A stretch of DNA of 64,000 nucleotides from Yuukianura sp. NJ FZ-2021 (taxonomy: Eukaryota), in assembly GCA_046563655.1 (NCBI GenBank), contig CM102290.1:3100001-3164000 (forward strand), read 5' to 3'. Shown one piece after another: positions 43,901 to 56,606 of the stretch. The notes beneath the pieces were generated by a model. It worked only from the letters and a program-made list of their open reading frames with translations. It had not been told where the DNA came from and searched no databases. A program made the position numbers and the translations under genes. Numbering within the stretch: the first letter of the stretch is position 1; each line of letters begins with the position of its first letter.

Positions 43901-44823
43901 AGTTTAAATGAAACTATGAATGACGATTTGGAGTTGCGCATGCCCACTTGACTCCTTTGACTCAAGTCGTTTGGTGGAGACGAGCTGAAAGGCTGAACTA
44001 TGGCTGTAGTTTGTGGATAGCCAAAAACTAACTTTTCCCACCCCCGCTTCTTGAAGTGAATCTGTTAAGGACGACAATGGTTGTCTTCCATACCTGGGCT
44101 ACTGAAACGCTATTTCCATCTTTCATTGTTTTCTTCCCACCCAAGAACCCATTGTTTCCTTCACTTGACTAAGAAATTCAGTCATGGCAGAGCACGATCC
44201 AGAGGCCTTCGGTAAGCCCTGACGTTGCATAAATCAACTTTTAAACACAAATCATGACTCCCTGTTCTCTGGAAACTACTTTCCCATGTGTCCTCATAAC
44301 GTATTACGTATAGCTTTAGATGTTGTAGTGACGTTAGAAGTTAACTAAACATTACTAGATGAATGGGGATGGTAAGTGAAGGTTTACAGTAACTGTAGTG
44401 TTATGTTCAAACTAACCGGAACTGTTGACAAACATCCGCAACCAGAAAAATAGTTCCTACCAAATCCCTGACGAATTGCATACAGGAAGTTTTTCGAAAA
44501 AAAGAAGTTTTGTAAAGTAAAAAATTTTGGTGACATTTTATAAAGATCTTTGAAAAACCCAATAGGTCGCGGCGAATTTCGTTCGAAATCTATTCAACCT
44601 TTATGAGCTAATATAGATTTTGACGCTTGTGTTTTTCGTTTTTCAATTTTTTTTTATTAAAATGTTTTCAAACGACAGAAGTAAAAAAAATAGTTGAAAT
44701 ATGTGTTTACATTTTTTTGTGCCCATCAAGTCTTTCTAATTTATAAAATTTCAAAATATTTGAAAGCCATTTACTTAACAGAGACAAAAATTTTGGTGTG
44801 ATTTTGTGAAGCAGTATAAATCA

Positions 44824-47509
44824 TCAGTAGCCTCCACCTAAAGTAATAAAAAATCACTGAAAATTTTGAAATTTGTGTAAACAGAACGAGAGTTTGCCAA
44901 TTACCGATTGGCAAATTTTGGTCATTGACTTACCATAGCCTCCTCCACCGTGGCCTCCTCCACCGTGGCCTCCTCCACCGTGGCCCCCACCACCGTGGCC
45001 ACCACCCCCGCCGTACCCTGGAGCAAAAGAATTTGCACAATTAATTTGCAATTTTCCCATGTATAGAAAAATGGTACTAAAAAATAATAGATTTATGAAT
45101 AAATCCAAATAGAAAAGTAATTAATTTCAACCCGTTGGCAAAAAATCAAAAAGTTATGATCGGGCAGACAGGTGAAAAACTTTCACTCTGAAGTTTACCT
45201 TAATATCAAAAACCAATTACGAGAAAAACAACAGCTTCTGCACCTTTTGTAAATTACTGCCGGATATTTCAAAATTTGAAACTCATAAAAGTTTGTAATT
45301 TACCTCCATGTCCATATCCACCGCCTCCGTGACCTCCGTCATAGGATTTGTACTGATGTGCCCCCTTCTGTTTTCGTAATTCAAAACACATAATTTAGTT
45401 GTAAATCCAGTTGTAGAAATAATTGATTTTGGATTGAATTCAAATTGAGACGAAGTTCAAAGCCAGTTCCTGACCTTTCCATGGGAAGAGTGGTGACCAT
45501 GGTGACCTTTTTGTCCGTGTTGTGCATTGTGACCTTTGTGCTGGTCATCGTAGTGTCCTTGGTTATGATGTCCATACTTACTGTGGTGATTATCCTACTC
45601 AAATCAATCAATTTTACTTTTTATCAAATTTTGAAATTCTTTACCAACCACATTATGAAAAATCTTTTCTTTCTTTCTGTCTTTTTCATTTTCAAATTTT
45701 CGTTTTCTTTTGCGGGTCAATTTGTGTTAATTTTGTTCGAAGTTTTAAGAAAGAAAAAAGAGTTGTAAAATGAATGAATTTTTTCCTACTTTTTTGTTTG
45801 AAAAAAAATTGTCTTACATTGTGATGTGCGTTGTGATGTTGTCCATGATATTTTTTGCCTATGTTAACAGTAGGATGACTCTCAAATTTTGATTACAAAG
45901 TGCAAAGTACTTAGGTGTTAAGTGTCTGTTGAATTTTGAATTTTACCTCCGTGGTCGTTGTAATGCTGTCCATGGTCCCCATATTTTGCATGATGACCTC
46001 CTGTTGAAACAAGACGTATTGTACACAATGTCCAAGAATGTTTTGGTATTCATAGGCCAATGAACAATTAAACACCTTCGACATCCATTAGTGTCTGTTC
46101 CCATGGGAACCAATTAACTCACCTGAATGGTAGTCGTCATAGAACTTCTTCTGCTTCGAGTATTCATCCTAACGTAGACAGAAAAGAGGGTGTGGAATTA
46201 AATCAAATGCAGCCTATTAATGTAAGGATTACGGTACTCATTGAGTCATACCTTGTGATACGTATTGTGAAACCTAGGAATAGGAACATAAATTAGCGTA
46301 AAGGAATGTACAGCCATGTTCAAAATGGAATGTAAACAATGTAGTTCACACTTTGGATTAGTGGGACACTAATGTTAAGTGGCAATTACCCTTTGGTGGA
46401 GTGGCCTTTCCGGTGGCCTCCTTTCTTCCCGTACTTTTGATGCTTGGAACCTTTGGCGCCATGTTGCTTCCCACCGTAGTGTTGTCCACCTTGCTGGTTT
46501 TCAAAATCAGAACAAACGTTAACTTGATAAAATTTTCAAAATTTTCAAAATTGTGCTCATTTTGGTTCAATTTTTTGGGGTTGGCTTTGCAATTTCGAAA
46601 TTTACCTTGTGCCCTTTGCTATACCCACCGCTCGCTCCGTACTTTCCTTTCTTGTGAGCCTGAAATTGAACGCGCATGTGCAGATTAATTTTTTTTCGGT
46701 TTGCTATTTATGTTACGTTAGATCAGACGTTAAGTTACCCTGTTCTCGTGTCCATGGTTGCCTTTCTTGTAACCGTGCTGACTGTGGTGGCCCTAAAGAA
46801 ATTTAAAATTTCATTTTTTTTCAAAAAAAATTTTTTTTCTTAAAGTCTAAAATTTTGGCATTTTGTATAAACATGTCGCATTACTTGTCTTCCTTGGTGT
46901 CCATATTTATTGTAGTGTGATGCCCCATGACCTCCGCCTTTTGAATGACTAAAACCGAAAAAGCAAATTACATGACATGATGAAATTCAAACAAATTTCG
47001 GATTAACACAGGTTAATCCCAAATTTTAACCTGCCATACCCATGTCCTCCATGCCCTCCACCGCCATGTCCTCCGCCTCCATGTCCATATCCAGTAGCTT
47101 CCGCTGCCAAGTCAGTAGCTTCCGTGCTCCTTTTAATCCTGAGCCAAACGCTCGGTGTTGAATTTTCTGTTAAATTTCGATTTTGGAGAGAAAGTGCATA
47201 GTTTGGCGAACGTTTGACCCTTGACCCCGGTTGCTCCTCCTCTAAAGGCTCGTCTGACTCTTCTTCATCATCCGACTCTTCAGAATCTGTACTTGAAGTT
47301 TCGTCATAGTCTTCATCCTCCTCAGCGTCGTTTCCATCTTCGTATTGGCCGCCCGAATCATCTGGAAGTTCTTGATACTGGACATCGGTGCTATTCGGTT
47401 CTGAAGTGGCTTCAACCTGCACACAAACAGTTCCTGCAACTAGCACCACACAAAACACAGCAATGAAAAGGTCATTGACCTTTCGGCTTTTTGACCTCGA
47501 ACCGGGCAT
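44824..47509 (-). CDS. Secreted His/Gly-rich protein A (DUF4779-like core), 13 coding exons, most under 130 nt
   Basis: Hydrophobic signal (LFIAVFCVVLVAGTVCVQVEA), acidic tract, RVKR and RIKR sites, DLAAEATGYGHGG, core GHSTKGFHNTYHKDEYSKQKKFYDDYHSG, GGGGH repeats, ends GGY* TGA TGA. All 12 introns are GT-AG and preserve frame. Confidence 0.85.
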
Positions 47510-47651
47510 CCTGCCCTCCACTAGTCCCAGTTTTTTAATTTTAAAAAACAAAAATTTAAGAAAAAAAACTAGAAAACTGAATTTTAAACTCTGATTAGAG
47601 CGTCGGTCCTTCTTCGTTTTTCATTTCCTAGCTTTTATGTAACTTTTGAGT

Positions 47652-47689
47652 AACTGAGGCAAAGTGGTTATTTTTGAAATGCTTTTATA
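47652..47689 (-). promoter_or_regulatory. TATA box (TATAAAA 47689-47683) plus Inr (TCAGTT 47657-47652) of His/Gly-rich gene A
   Basis: Canonical arthropod core-promoter motifs ~34 nt apart, ~145 nt upstream of the ATG. Confidence 0.7.
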
Positions 47690-50600
47690 CAGTTTGGCAA
47701 TTTGTCATTTCCAAATTTTTAGAAAGACTTTTTTAGCTCGAAATAGTTTAAGCGTAAAAAGGATGTCAACCCAGGGAATCTTTAAACTCTCTACGTCTTC
47801 CCAATTTAAATTTGGTTTTTAGCAACATTGGACTCCTTCCTTGTTTTTTTTTTCTGTTGTTATGTCGAATACTTCCTTCCTCCTTGAAACCCCCAGGGGG
47901 CAGACCCCTTGACTTAAGTGTTGGATTTGATTGATTTGTCTTATGTAAGAATACTTCAAGAGTGAACAATAGGTTAGATGAACAGTGACTTGGAAACGAA
48001 GTGCAGTCATTCAGAAAGGAAGAATCGTAGGATACGTCGTTACGCTGGGCGTTTCTGAATACATGGGGAAATGTATTTTGAAAAATTTAGCACAAAATTC
48101 AAAGAAAATACAAACCAAACTTTAAAAAGTGCACAAAATCACATACAACATTTAATACGCAAGCTCTGCGATGTAAAATTTGGTAATTTTTTTAAGGATT
48201 TGTTTTTAGATTTCGTTAATTTAACATTTGAGTTTGAAAATTCAATGTGCCCATGAGATTAGTGTGTTTTGAGAACTGACTAACCTTGTGGTTGTGTTAA
48301 GCTTAAAAATTTTCTAAAGTTTGAATTAGTCTGTTAATTCCTACTCCTCATCCTTGGCAAATTGAGCTAAATAATACTGGTGCATTTTAAATTTTGCCTG
48401 CTGTGAAATCAATATGAACATCACAGCAGCGTATCAAAATCATACTTAAAAAAAAGTCATTTCCAATTTTGCTCGCTCTCTCTGTTTCTCTCTGCAGAAC
48501 AAAAATTTTAAAGTTTGATGCTGAAATTTACCAATCGCCATTCGACACAATTTTTCGTACTTTCATTGGAACTTTGCAAGTGTAATCAAAAACTCATCAA
48601 TTGCTCACGTTACCAACCATGTCAAAATTCCACTGTAAAGAGAAAAACCATTTCCTAGGCCTCATGCCTACAAACTCATTCTTTGTTCATTTCTTACTTG
48701 TATTGTTCAAATACTGTTCAAATTTCTAGTAACTCTTGTGTTTTTTAAATTTTAGTCTAAGAAAAACTTCAAAATTTTGAAAGAAAGAAACAGTAAGTTT
48801 GAAGTGTAGTACGTGTTAAGGACAAGGTTGAAAGTGATAGGATGACAATTGTTTCAAGTGGACAGAGAGTGAGGGAGATTGATTGGACATGTTTTTTATT
48901 CTTATCATTTTGATCATGGATCTCTCCATATAAGTCTTCTGATCTCCAAAAAGAGCCCTTAGAAACAATGACTCACTTTTTGAAGGATCCCTTAAACTAG
49001 TTTTTGTATTCGTCTCACAAGTGGAACCTTAATGCTTTGTGTAATTAATTTCCTATTTAAGAATTTCAATTAAACTTTACAGGAAATTCCCCAAGCCAAA
49101 CTCAAGATCACTTAAATTCTGGAGTACGAAAATTCCTTAATTTGCAGGTTACATTTAATACTTTTCTTTTTCTTTTTTTTTCAAAGTTACGTGTTCCACT
49201 ACAGAAATTTTAAACAATCTCTTTGCAAAAACCATCCGATTCGCTTCAGTTGTTCGACGACAAAAGATTCAATTTCTGTACAAATATCTTCGTGGGATTC
49301 TCAGGATTTTTCCCACGCCAAACTTTACATTTGCAGAAGAAATGTAAAAACTGTGAAATTTGATTACATCATCTACGCGTACATGATTTTTTTTCCTTGT
49401 AAAACTGAAATTAGAAATTGGCTCATCACTGGCAATTCGATTTGAATTTTAACTCAAATGTTTAATGATTTTTTTAGTTTAATAAAAAACGAGACAAAAC
49501 CGTTCCCACCCAAAAATTGACTTCATAAATCTCCAATTCCAAAAAGTTTATGAAAATTTTTTGGGGATACTGTGTGGGTAGCAGCAGGAAGGAGCAAGAA
49601 GATGACTTGAAATTGAGATTTTAACTTGATGGTCTGTGCTCCTTTGAATCCTTAATGAAGAAGTCTATTCATAATTTCTCATCATCTTTTGACTTTTTTC
49701 GTAAAGTCCAAAAACTAACTAAGCAAAAATCAAGACTTAACCTCATAAATCAAATTGGGAAGGTGGAAATGGAAAGGGAAGTACTAACAAAGTAAGGCTC
49801 TTCTCATGATTTGTTGCGGCAGATCACGTCCCCACAAACGCCAGGGTTCGCTGGGGTCCTGCTGTCAACAGTTGACCACTTTCCATGGCGTGACTTTTTT
49901 AAAAACCGGGTCAAGTGCATCTTTAGTTTTATACAAAATTAGGTTCAAAATTTTTCATTCAAAATTCAAAACCAACAACCTATTCAAATTTAATCTAAAT
50001 ATTACAATTCTAGCAATAGTAATCCCAACTTTAGCATAATCTAAGCTATCCTGTATTCCTACGGTTTAAAACCAACAAAAATTCGATTTGACTGAACTTG
50101 AATTGAATTTGACCTCACAGGCTTCGGTCAAGGGTCATTCACTAGCTTTTGCGTGATGAACCCTACAAGTCCTAGTGCCCAGTGGGTACTGGGCATTGGG
50201 CAGAAGTGTCCAACCCTGTCACACTTGGAGACTACTCCCAAGGGATTCAAATCAGGAATTAGTGGTTTGTAACGTGTCATGACCAAGTAGAGACAATACA
50301 TTCCGAAGGAGGTGCTAAGTAGAATGAAATATGAGTTCTTGGTCGCAAATAGTCTTGACCTCTGCCAAGGAAGTCCGTCTGTCCTAGCCCTACCCCGCGT
50401 CCAATTTTTTTTCTTTTAGTAAATTTTGCCATGACAGACACGTCCGCATGTCACTCTGTTTGGTCAACAGCAAAACAACCGCAAAATTTTGCTCAATTCG
50501 CATAACCATATTTTAATGACAACTGAACTCACTTCGCACCGCCACGGTCCGAAAATAAACAAAAAGTTACTAATCGAGGGAGCTCTTGCGACCAAGAGGT

Positions 50601-52475
50601 GCGGTCGTTTTAATACTCCGCGGAAGGAGAGTAGAAAATTGAATCCCAATTTGCAATCTGCTTCATCACGGAATGGCCGAATTTAGTCAAAGAAGCCATA
50701 CTGTCATGTCATCTCCTAATTTAAGTCATTCATCAATTACTTGTCACTTCAATTTGACCCATAACTAAATATTCTGTAGGTTGAATTTTACCACGCAAAG
50801 AAGGACTTTGTTTTCCAAAACAGGACCTTCGTAACAGATTTTAAACAAGGCTGTTTTTGCTACAGTTTTTGCGAATTTGGCAAATTTCGTTTTTGTTTAC
50901 AAAAAGTCATAAATGTGAGTCATGTTAAATTGTTACGAAAAGGCGTCAAGAATGAATCGAATTTGCACTTGGCTTCACCAAATACGAAAACCTTCACTTA
51001 ACTCCATAAATGCAGATGGAAAATTCAAAGGACTCTAAATTCAAAGTTAAGAGAAAAGGTGAAGGCTGGAGAGTGCCAATCAACAGTGAAGGTTTACAAT
51101 TTGCAAAATAGTTGGCCAAAACATTTGCATCGTTTTTTGCAAATGGTCGCCACCGTTTGCTTCCTACGTCACAACGGCGACGGCAGCGATGTCAGGTTTA
51201 AAACACACATTGTTTACTACTACATTGGCGACATTGTAGTGACACATGAACTTGGATGACAGCAGATCCGGCGAAAAGATGAGCCGTTCGTCACTGAAAA
51301 TCCCACGATTTAAAAGCGTTCGACTAAAGATTTTGCAGGGGAGGTTGACCATAACCTCTTAAATTAAAACGCCCACAAATGGTCAAGGGAATTCGGACTT
51401 TGGACGTTAAGTGGAAATGACACACCTAAAAACATTCATAGGGAATTTGGACACACTGAGAGACGTTGTTGACGTGCCCTTACGCTGCGCGAGGTAATTA
51501 ATTTATTGTTTTTGTCTTTTGGCCAATTTTTGAATCAGAGTTGTTGTACTTCCACATAAGCGTCATTCATGAGAGATCAAAATTCACAAAACAACTTGCA
51601 AACTTTTTTTTGCAACTTCCTAATTCAGAAAAACAATAATGTCCTCCTGCGCAAAATGGATTTGCGTTGGACTTTTGGAATTTTTTGCAAAAACGTCACG
51701 CAAATGGCTTTATATGCTCTCGTAAGGTTGGTTCAATTAGTAAGCGCTTTTCCATAAAGTGCTGAACATCTTTAACCTTCATTGTTGGGACAAAATTACA
51801 TATATTATACCGTAAAATTTAAAAATTGGTTCGTTATGCCTACGATTCCTACATGAAAATAAACTCAAAAATAATCGTTTTGGCTTAAATTGTTTGACCT
51901 TTGACCTCAGGAAGCGATTTGGCATAATTTGAGTTGTAAAAAAAGTTGGTGAACGTAAACTGAAATTGCATATGTTGTAACCATACAGTGTCACCATCGA
52001 CGTTATTTTTGTTAGCACCCTGTGGCTAACGGTGTGGTTACAATAATCAGTTGAATACAAAGCTTTAAAAACCCTCTCCAAATTTAACTTAACGTAACAA
52101 TGGCGTTGTAAACAACCACTAAACCACTGATGGATGCAAAAAATGGCGTTGGTAGTTACACCGTGTTGTTACAATGAGTGCAATTTATACATATCTCAAC
52201 CGAATTGTGGGTATGCTGCTTTATTGTTTGAAAAGGTTGAACAAGCGCCGTAAGTGAGACTTTAAACAAAAAATTTTGAATGTGGGAGGAGGGAAATTAT
52301 TTCACGTGCAAAAATTTCAAGTTTCGTTAAAAAATTTTTAGTGTTGTTGATGGGTCGTGCCGTGCCATTTGACAATAATCGTACCGCAGCAGTTGGTTTC
52401 TTTAAAACTCGGTATTCAATTTACTCATCAATCAATCGTTGAAGGGGTAACGTTGCGACTTCGTGTACATTTAGC

Positions 52476-53487
52476 ATGGGTAAGGTCAAGGGAAAGAAGG
52501 ATATCCGGAAATGGAATTCCAACAAAAGGAAGGTGACTGGAAAAACTAAGGGTGGCAATACTAAGCAGCGTAAAGATAAGCCAAAATCAGCCATGACACA
52601 ACCCCGGCCACCTAAATCGTCGTCTTCTACATCAGCTGGCACCGGATCGTTGCGAGAGCGCATGCTGAGACGGCTGGAAGCCGCAAAATTTAGGTAACTA
52701 GTAGGTTCACTTCCATTTGTTTTTAGTAATGTTGATAGCAAGAGAACGTTTAACTGACGCATTTTGATTTTGAATAGACAAGTCAACGAAGAACTGGATT
52801 CTCTGGCTGATGCAGACCCAAGAAGTGCTTTTGAGTCGGACATCTCCAATTTTGAAAACTACCATAAAGCTTATCGGGAACGGATTGAGACATGGCCCGA
52901 AAATCCACTGGACGTTATGATTGCTTACATCAAGAAAAAAGTACCACCGACTCACGTCATTGCAGATTTTGGATGTGGAGAGGCAATGCTAGCCGCTTCT
53001 GTTCCTAACACGACCCATTCCTTTGACCTTTTTGCGCTGAATGAGAGGGTCACTGCCTGCGACATGAGCTCTACACCACTCAAGGACCAAACAGTTGATG
53101 TCGCCATCTTTTGTTTGTCTTTGATGGGCACCGAAGTGGGGAAATACATTGCCGAAGCCAACAGAGTTCTCAAACAAAAGTGAGTAAAAACGTTTTCCAA
53201 AAATTTATTTTTTCAACACGCTAAAAAATTTTAATTTCAGGGGAATCTTGAGGATAGCAGAAGTTACGAGTCGATTTCCGCAAAACGATGCCAGTATATT
53301 TATAAAGCGAATGAAGAAGTTTGGCTTTGTGACGAAGGATCGTGTCAAGGAAGGCAAGAAAACTGCAACTACCCCACGGGACCAAGTATTCCTTTTACTA
53401 GAATTTATAAAACTGCGTCCAGTTAGACTGACCAAAGGGAAGCTGCCTTCAATAACCCTCAGTCCGTGTGCTTATAAAAAACGATGA
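52476..53487 (+). CDS. RRP8: Ribosomal RNA-processing protein 8 / nucleomethylin (rRNA m1A methyltransferase), 3 exons
   Basis: Basic N-terminus, RLEAAKFRQVNE, YHKAYRERIETWPENPLD, IADFGCGEA, HSFDL, DVAIFCLSLMGT, EANRVLK, IAEVTSRF, ends PCAYKKR*. Confidence 0.95.
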
Positions 53488-54052
53488 CTTTATAATACTC
53501 CGTCCAAATTCGCGTTCGGCAATACGGTAACAATACTTACTCTAATTGCCTATTCATAAATAGTTAGATTTTGACAGTCTTCCGGAGTGTTTGGCTTAGA
53601 GTTCAGTGTTTTAAAATGTTAACTATTTTACGTTATTGTTATTGTTATAGCGGAAGCGTTGAATTCCGTTGGAATGGAACCAGAAGAGGGGAGGATCGGA
53701 GTACTCACCTTATACACCTGTCTTCCTCTGTCGGTGTTGAATTCTTGAATTCCATGTATCCAATTGACAACAGAAAAAAAAACAATAGATTTTTTTGTGC
53801 CAGGGAGGCTATGGATATAAAGTTGAAAGACGGGGTGTGTATGTAGGGTTGGTTTTTTTCAACGAAGTTGAGTCATTCCGAATTGCAATTAATTCTAAAA
53901 TTCAAATGGTTTTAATCAAAGATTGATATAAATTTTTGGTCAGATTTGACACATTGTGTTCATCAATTTTAGGATTTTAATTGGTTGTGTTTTGTATAGG
54001 CGTGTGTTAAGTTGGAAATGTACATTTCTTGAATAATTTAACGCTGACCAAT

Positions 54053-54785
54053 ATGAGATCAATTTTTATCAATGTTTGTGCCTTCCTGTTTGGGATTTTA
54101 CCAACCGGTGAGTTTACTTTCAATCAATTAATGATTTTGACACTTCGTTAATATATTTCTGATCATGATTAACCATGTTTTTTTTAACCTTTCTAGCTAA
54201 ATCATTGTCATGCTATCAATGTGTTAGTAGTCAACCAGGGTGTGGAGCAGAGCTGGACTATCGATGGCACTGGTCCTGGACATGTGAGGATAACGATGAC
54301 AAATGTGTTAAAATTGTGGAAAGAAAAGGAGGTATGATGCTGAATCTTGATTTAGAAAGTGTTTCTGAATTAATTGAATTAATTTATTCTTACTAAAAAC
54401 TATGATGTTTTATTATTATTTTTAGCTGATGAGTTCATCACCAGAAGCTGTTTGAGTAAACTAGAATTTGTGCGACATGACATTCCAGCGGATAAGTACG
54501 AAGGATGTCGCCCTGCTTCTGTTGACATCAAGCTGGCTCACTATGTCAACAACACCATCAAGCAGCTTGACATTAAGAGGTCAACTTCATTTTCGCAATA
54601 TTTCCAATTCAAGGCGTTACAAATGTGTGTACGGACTTAACGGTTTATTGAATTACAGGAATTACTACGACGATGTCCTCTGGTGCTTCTGCGAATTTGA
54701 TCATTTTTGTAACGACTCCGTTCGGCCAGCGCTGAATTTTTCAATTCTTATATTCGGCATATTGATGGTGGCCATTTTAAAATAA
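54053..54785 (+). CDS. crim: GPI-anchored Ly6/three-finger (quiver family) protein, crimpled-like, 4 exons
   Basis: Signal peptide, CYQC...PGC, CVKIVERKG, ITRSCLS, DIPADKYEGCRPA, LAHYVNNTIK, YYDDVLWCFC...CN and a hydrophobic tail. These match my recollection of Drosophila Crimpled. Confidence 0.8.
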
Positions 54786-55290
54786 GTTTTGGAAAACTAC
54801 GTTACAACTCGCGTCACTGCCTACAATCCGTCCCATGACTTTGCCAGTTTTTTCAGAATCTGAAATCAAAACGTAAGTGATATACAACCGGTGAAGAATT
54901 AACATCTCCGTCCATTCGAACAAACCAAATCGTCATATTTATCTCAATCATTGTTCAAAGTTTAACAACATAGGCCAATTTTTTATAAGTTTCTAACTAA
55001 GAATAAGTCCCATTTTCAGGGTATAATTTTGAATAAACTTAGTATTTGGTCCCAATGTCACCACGGTTAATAGTTTTAGGGGCAAGAAGGTCAAACGGAA
55101 ACCTTTCACCAAAGTATTAGGAAAATTTTTACAGGTACAATTTGTGCCTTAGATGGTAAAGGAGGACTAATAACTTTACCAAACTCCACACTTCAGATTA
55201 CCCTATTTTAATACAACCTGAATCAGCCTAATTCGTTTTACTAACGTAAATAAGTAACTTTAGTGACGATATTGAGAGATTGACCTTGTT

Positions 55291-56606
55291 TTAGTAAGCA
55301 AAGCAGCGACTCTCTTCGTAGCCCAACTCCCGCAAAGCTGGATTACAGGCAGCAGTGATCATAATTGGTGGGCCGCACATCAAAACCAGTGTATCATCTG
55401 ACTGTTTGTAGAAGTGTTCCTTCAGCATTTCGGCCTTGATGAATCCCGAACTGTATTTCCAATCTAAAAAAATTGTTCAAACACTTATAGATTGAAGATT
55501 TCAGAACTAAACTGTTCTAAAAGTGAAGTCCGTTGTAAGGTCAAACCTGTCGGTGGTCGGTCAAGTGTATACCAAAGCTTGAAGTTATCAGGATGTTCAC
55601 GCGCAAGAGTCTCCAAATCCGATCGACACAAAATATCCTCTTCAGTCTGATTTGCAAAGATGAGTGACATCTTCAAGTCTGAATTGTTTTCTTTGAGAAT
55701 GGCTTTCACAATCTGCAGCATCGGAGTTATTCCACTTCCACCTTAAGTTAAAAGCAATTGAGAGTCGTAATTAATAGTTGAGACTTACAGGGCTCTACAA
55801 GATAACCAATCAAATATAGTAAAGTACTTACCAGCCACCATGTTGATATACTTGGTCCGAACTGGCTTCGCAGGCGTCTTCTTGTCCGGTCGGATACCAA
55901 ACTCACCGTTGCCATTATACTTCTACAAAAGAGATAGCATTTGTAACATTTCAGTCTCAGCGTATTCAAGATTGCTACTAACTCACCAAGTTTCCAGAAG
56001 GTCCACGCACATCAATAGTCTGGCCAAGTTCCATGTCATTGAGGTACTGGGTCAACTTTCCACCCTCAGGAAACTTTGGATGAACATTTTTGAAGTAAAC
56101 CTGAGCAGAAAATTCAAATATGCTGATTTGAGTATAACAGAAATTGAGATACGATTTTAATATCATTAAAAGCATACCTTGATAATCAGATCCATGATTC
56201 CCTTGTCATCGTCCGAAGAGACTGGCGTATATGGTCGCACAACCAACTTTCCGTCAACCATGGCCGACAAATGGACGTGATTACCCGTCGGTAAACCCAA
56301 GACATGATCTGGAGATGGTAATTCGAAACGGAACAGTCGCGTATCATGGGAAATAATCGTCTTCTTAATCAGCTTCAGTGGAATCTTCTCTCCATTTAAT
56401 GTGACTTTCTTCTTGTTCGAGCTCCAAAACCAAGCCAGTATCGCCAGTCCGACCACCGACACTCCGACCAACAACGGAAAAGAATCCTGTTACGGAATAA
56501 GTGGAATAAGTATAAGTTGAAAATTCATTCGTTACAATTTTAAGAAGAAATTGGTGTTGCAGCAGCTTACTGTCATCAATGGCTCGATCTCCTTTGCCGA
56601 ATCCAT
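55291..56606 (-). CDS. CYB5R: NADH-cytochrome b5 reductase, 6 exons
   Basis: N-terminal membrane anchor, [88 protein letters not shown], ends FAY*. Confidence 0.96.

Noticed and set aside
50172..50198. Hairpin TGCCCAGT/ACTGGGCA next to CTAG as a Helitron 3' end
   Set aside because: CTAG abuts the stem rather than lying ~10 nt away, and there is no other Helitron evidence.
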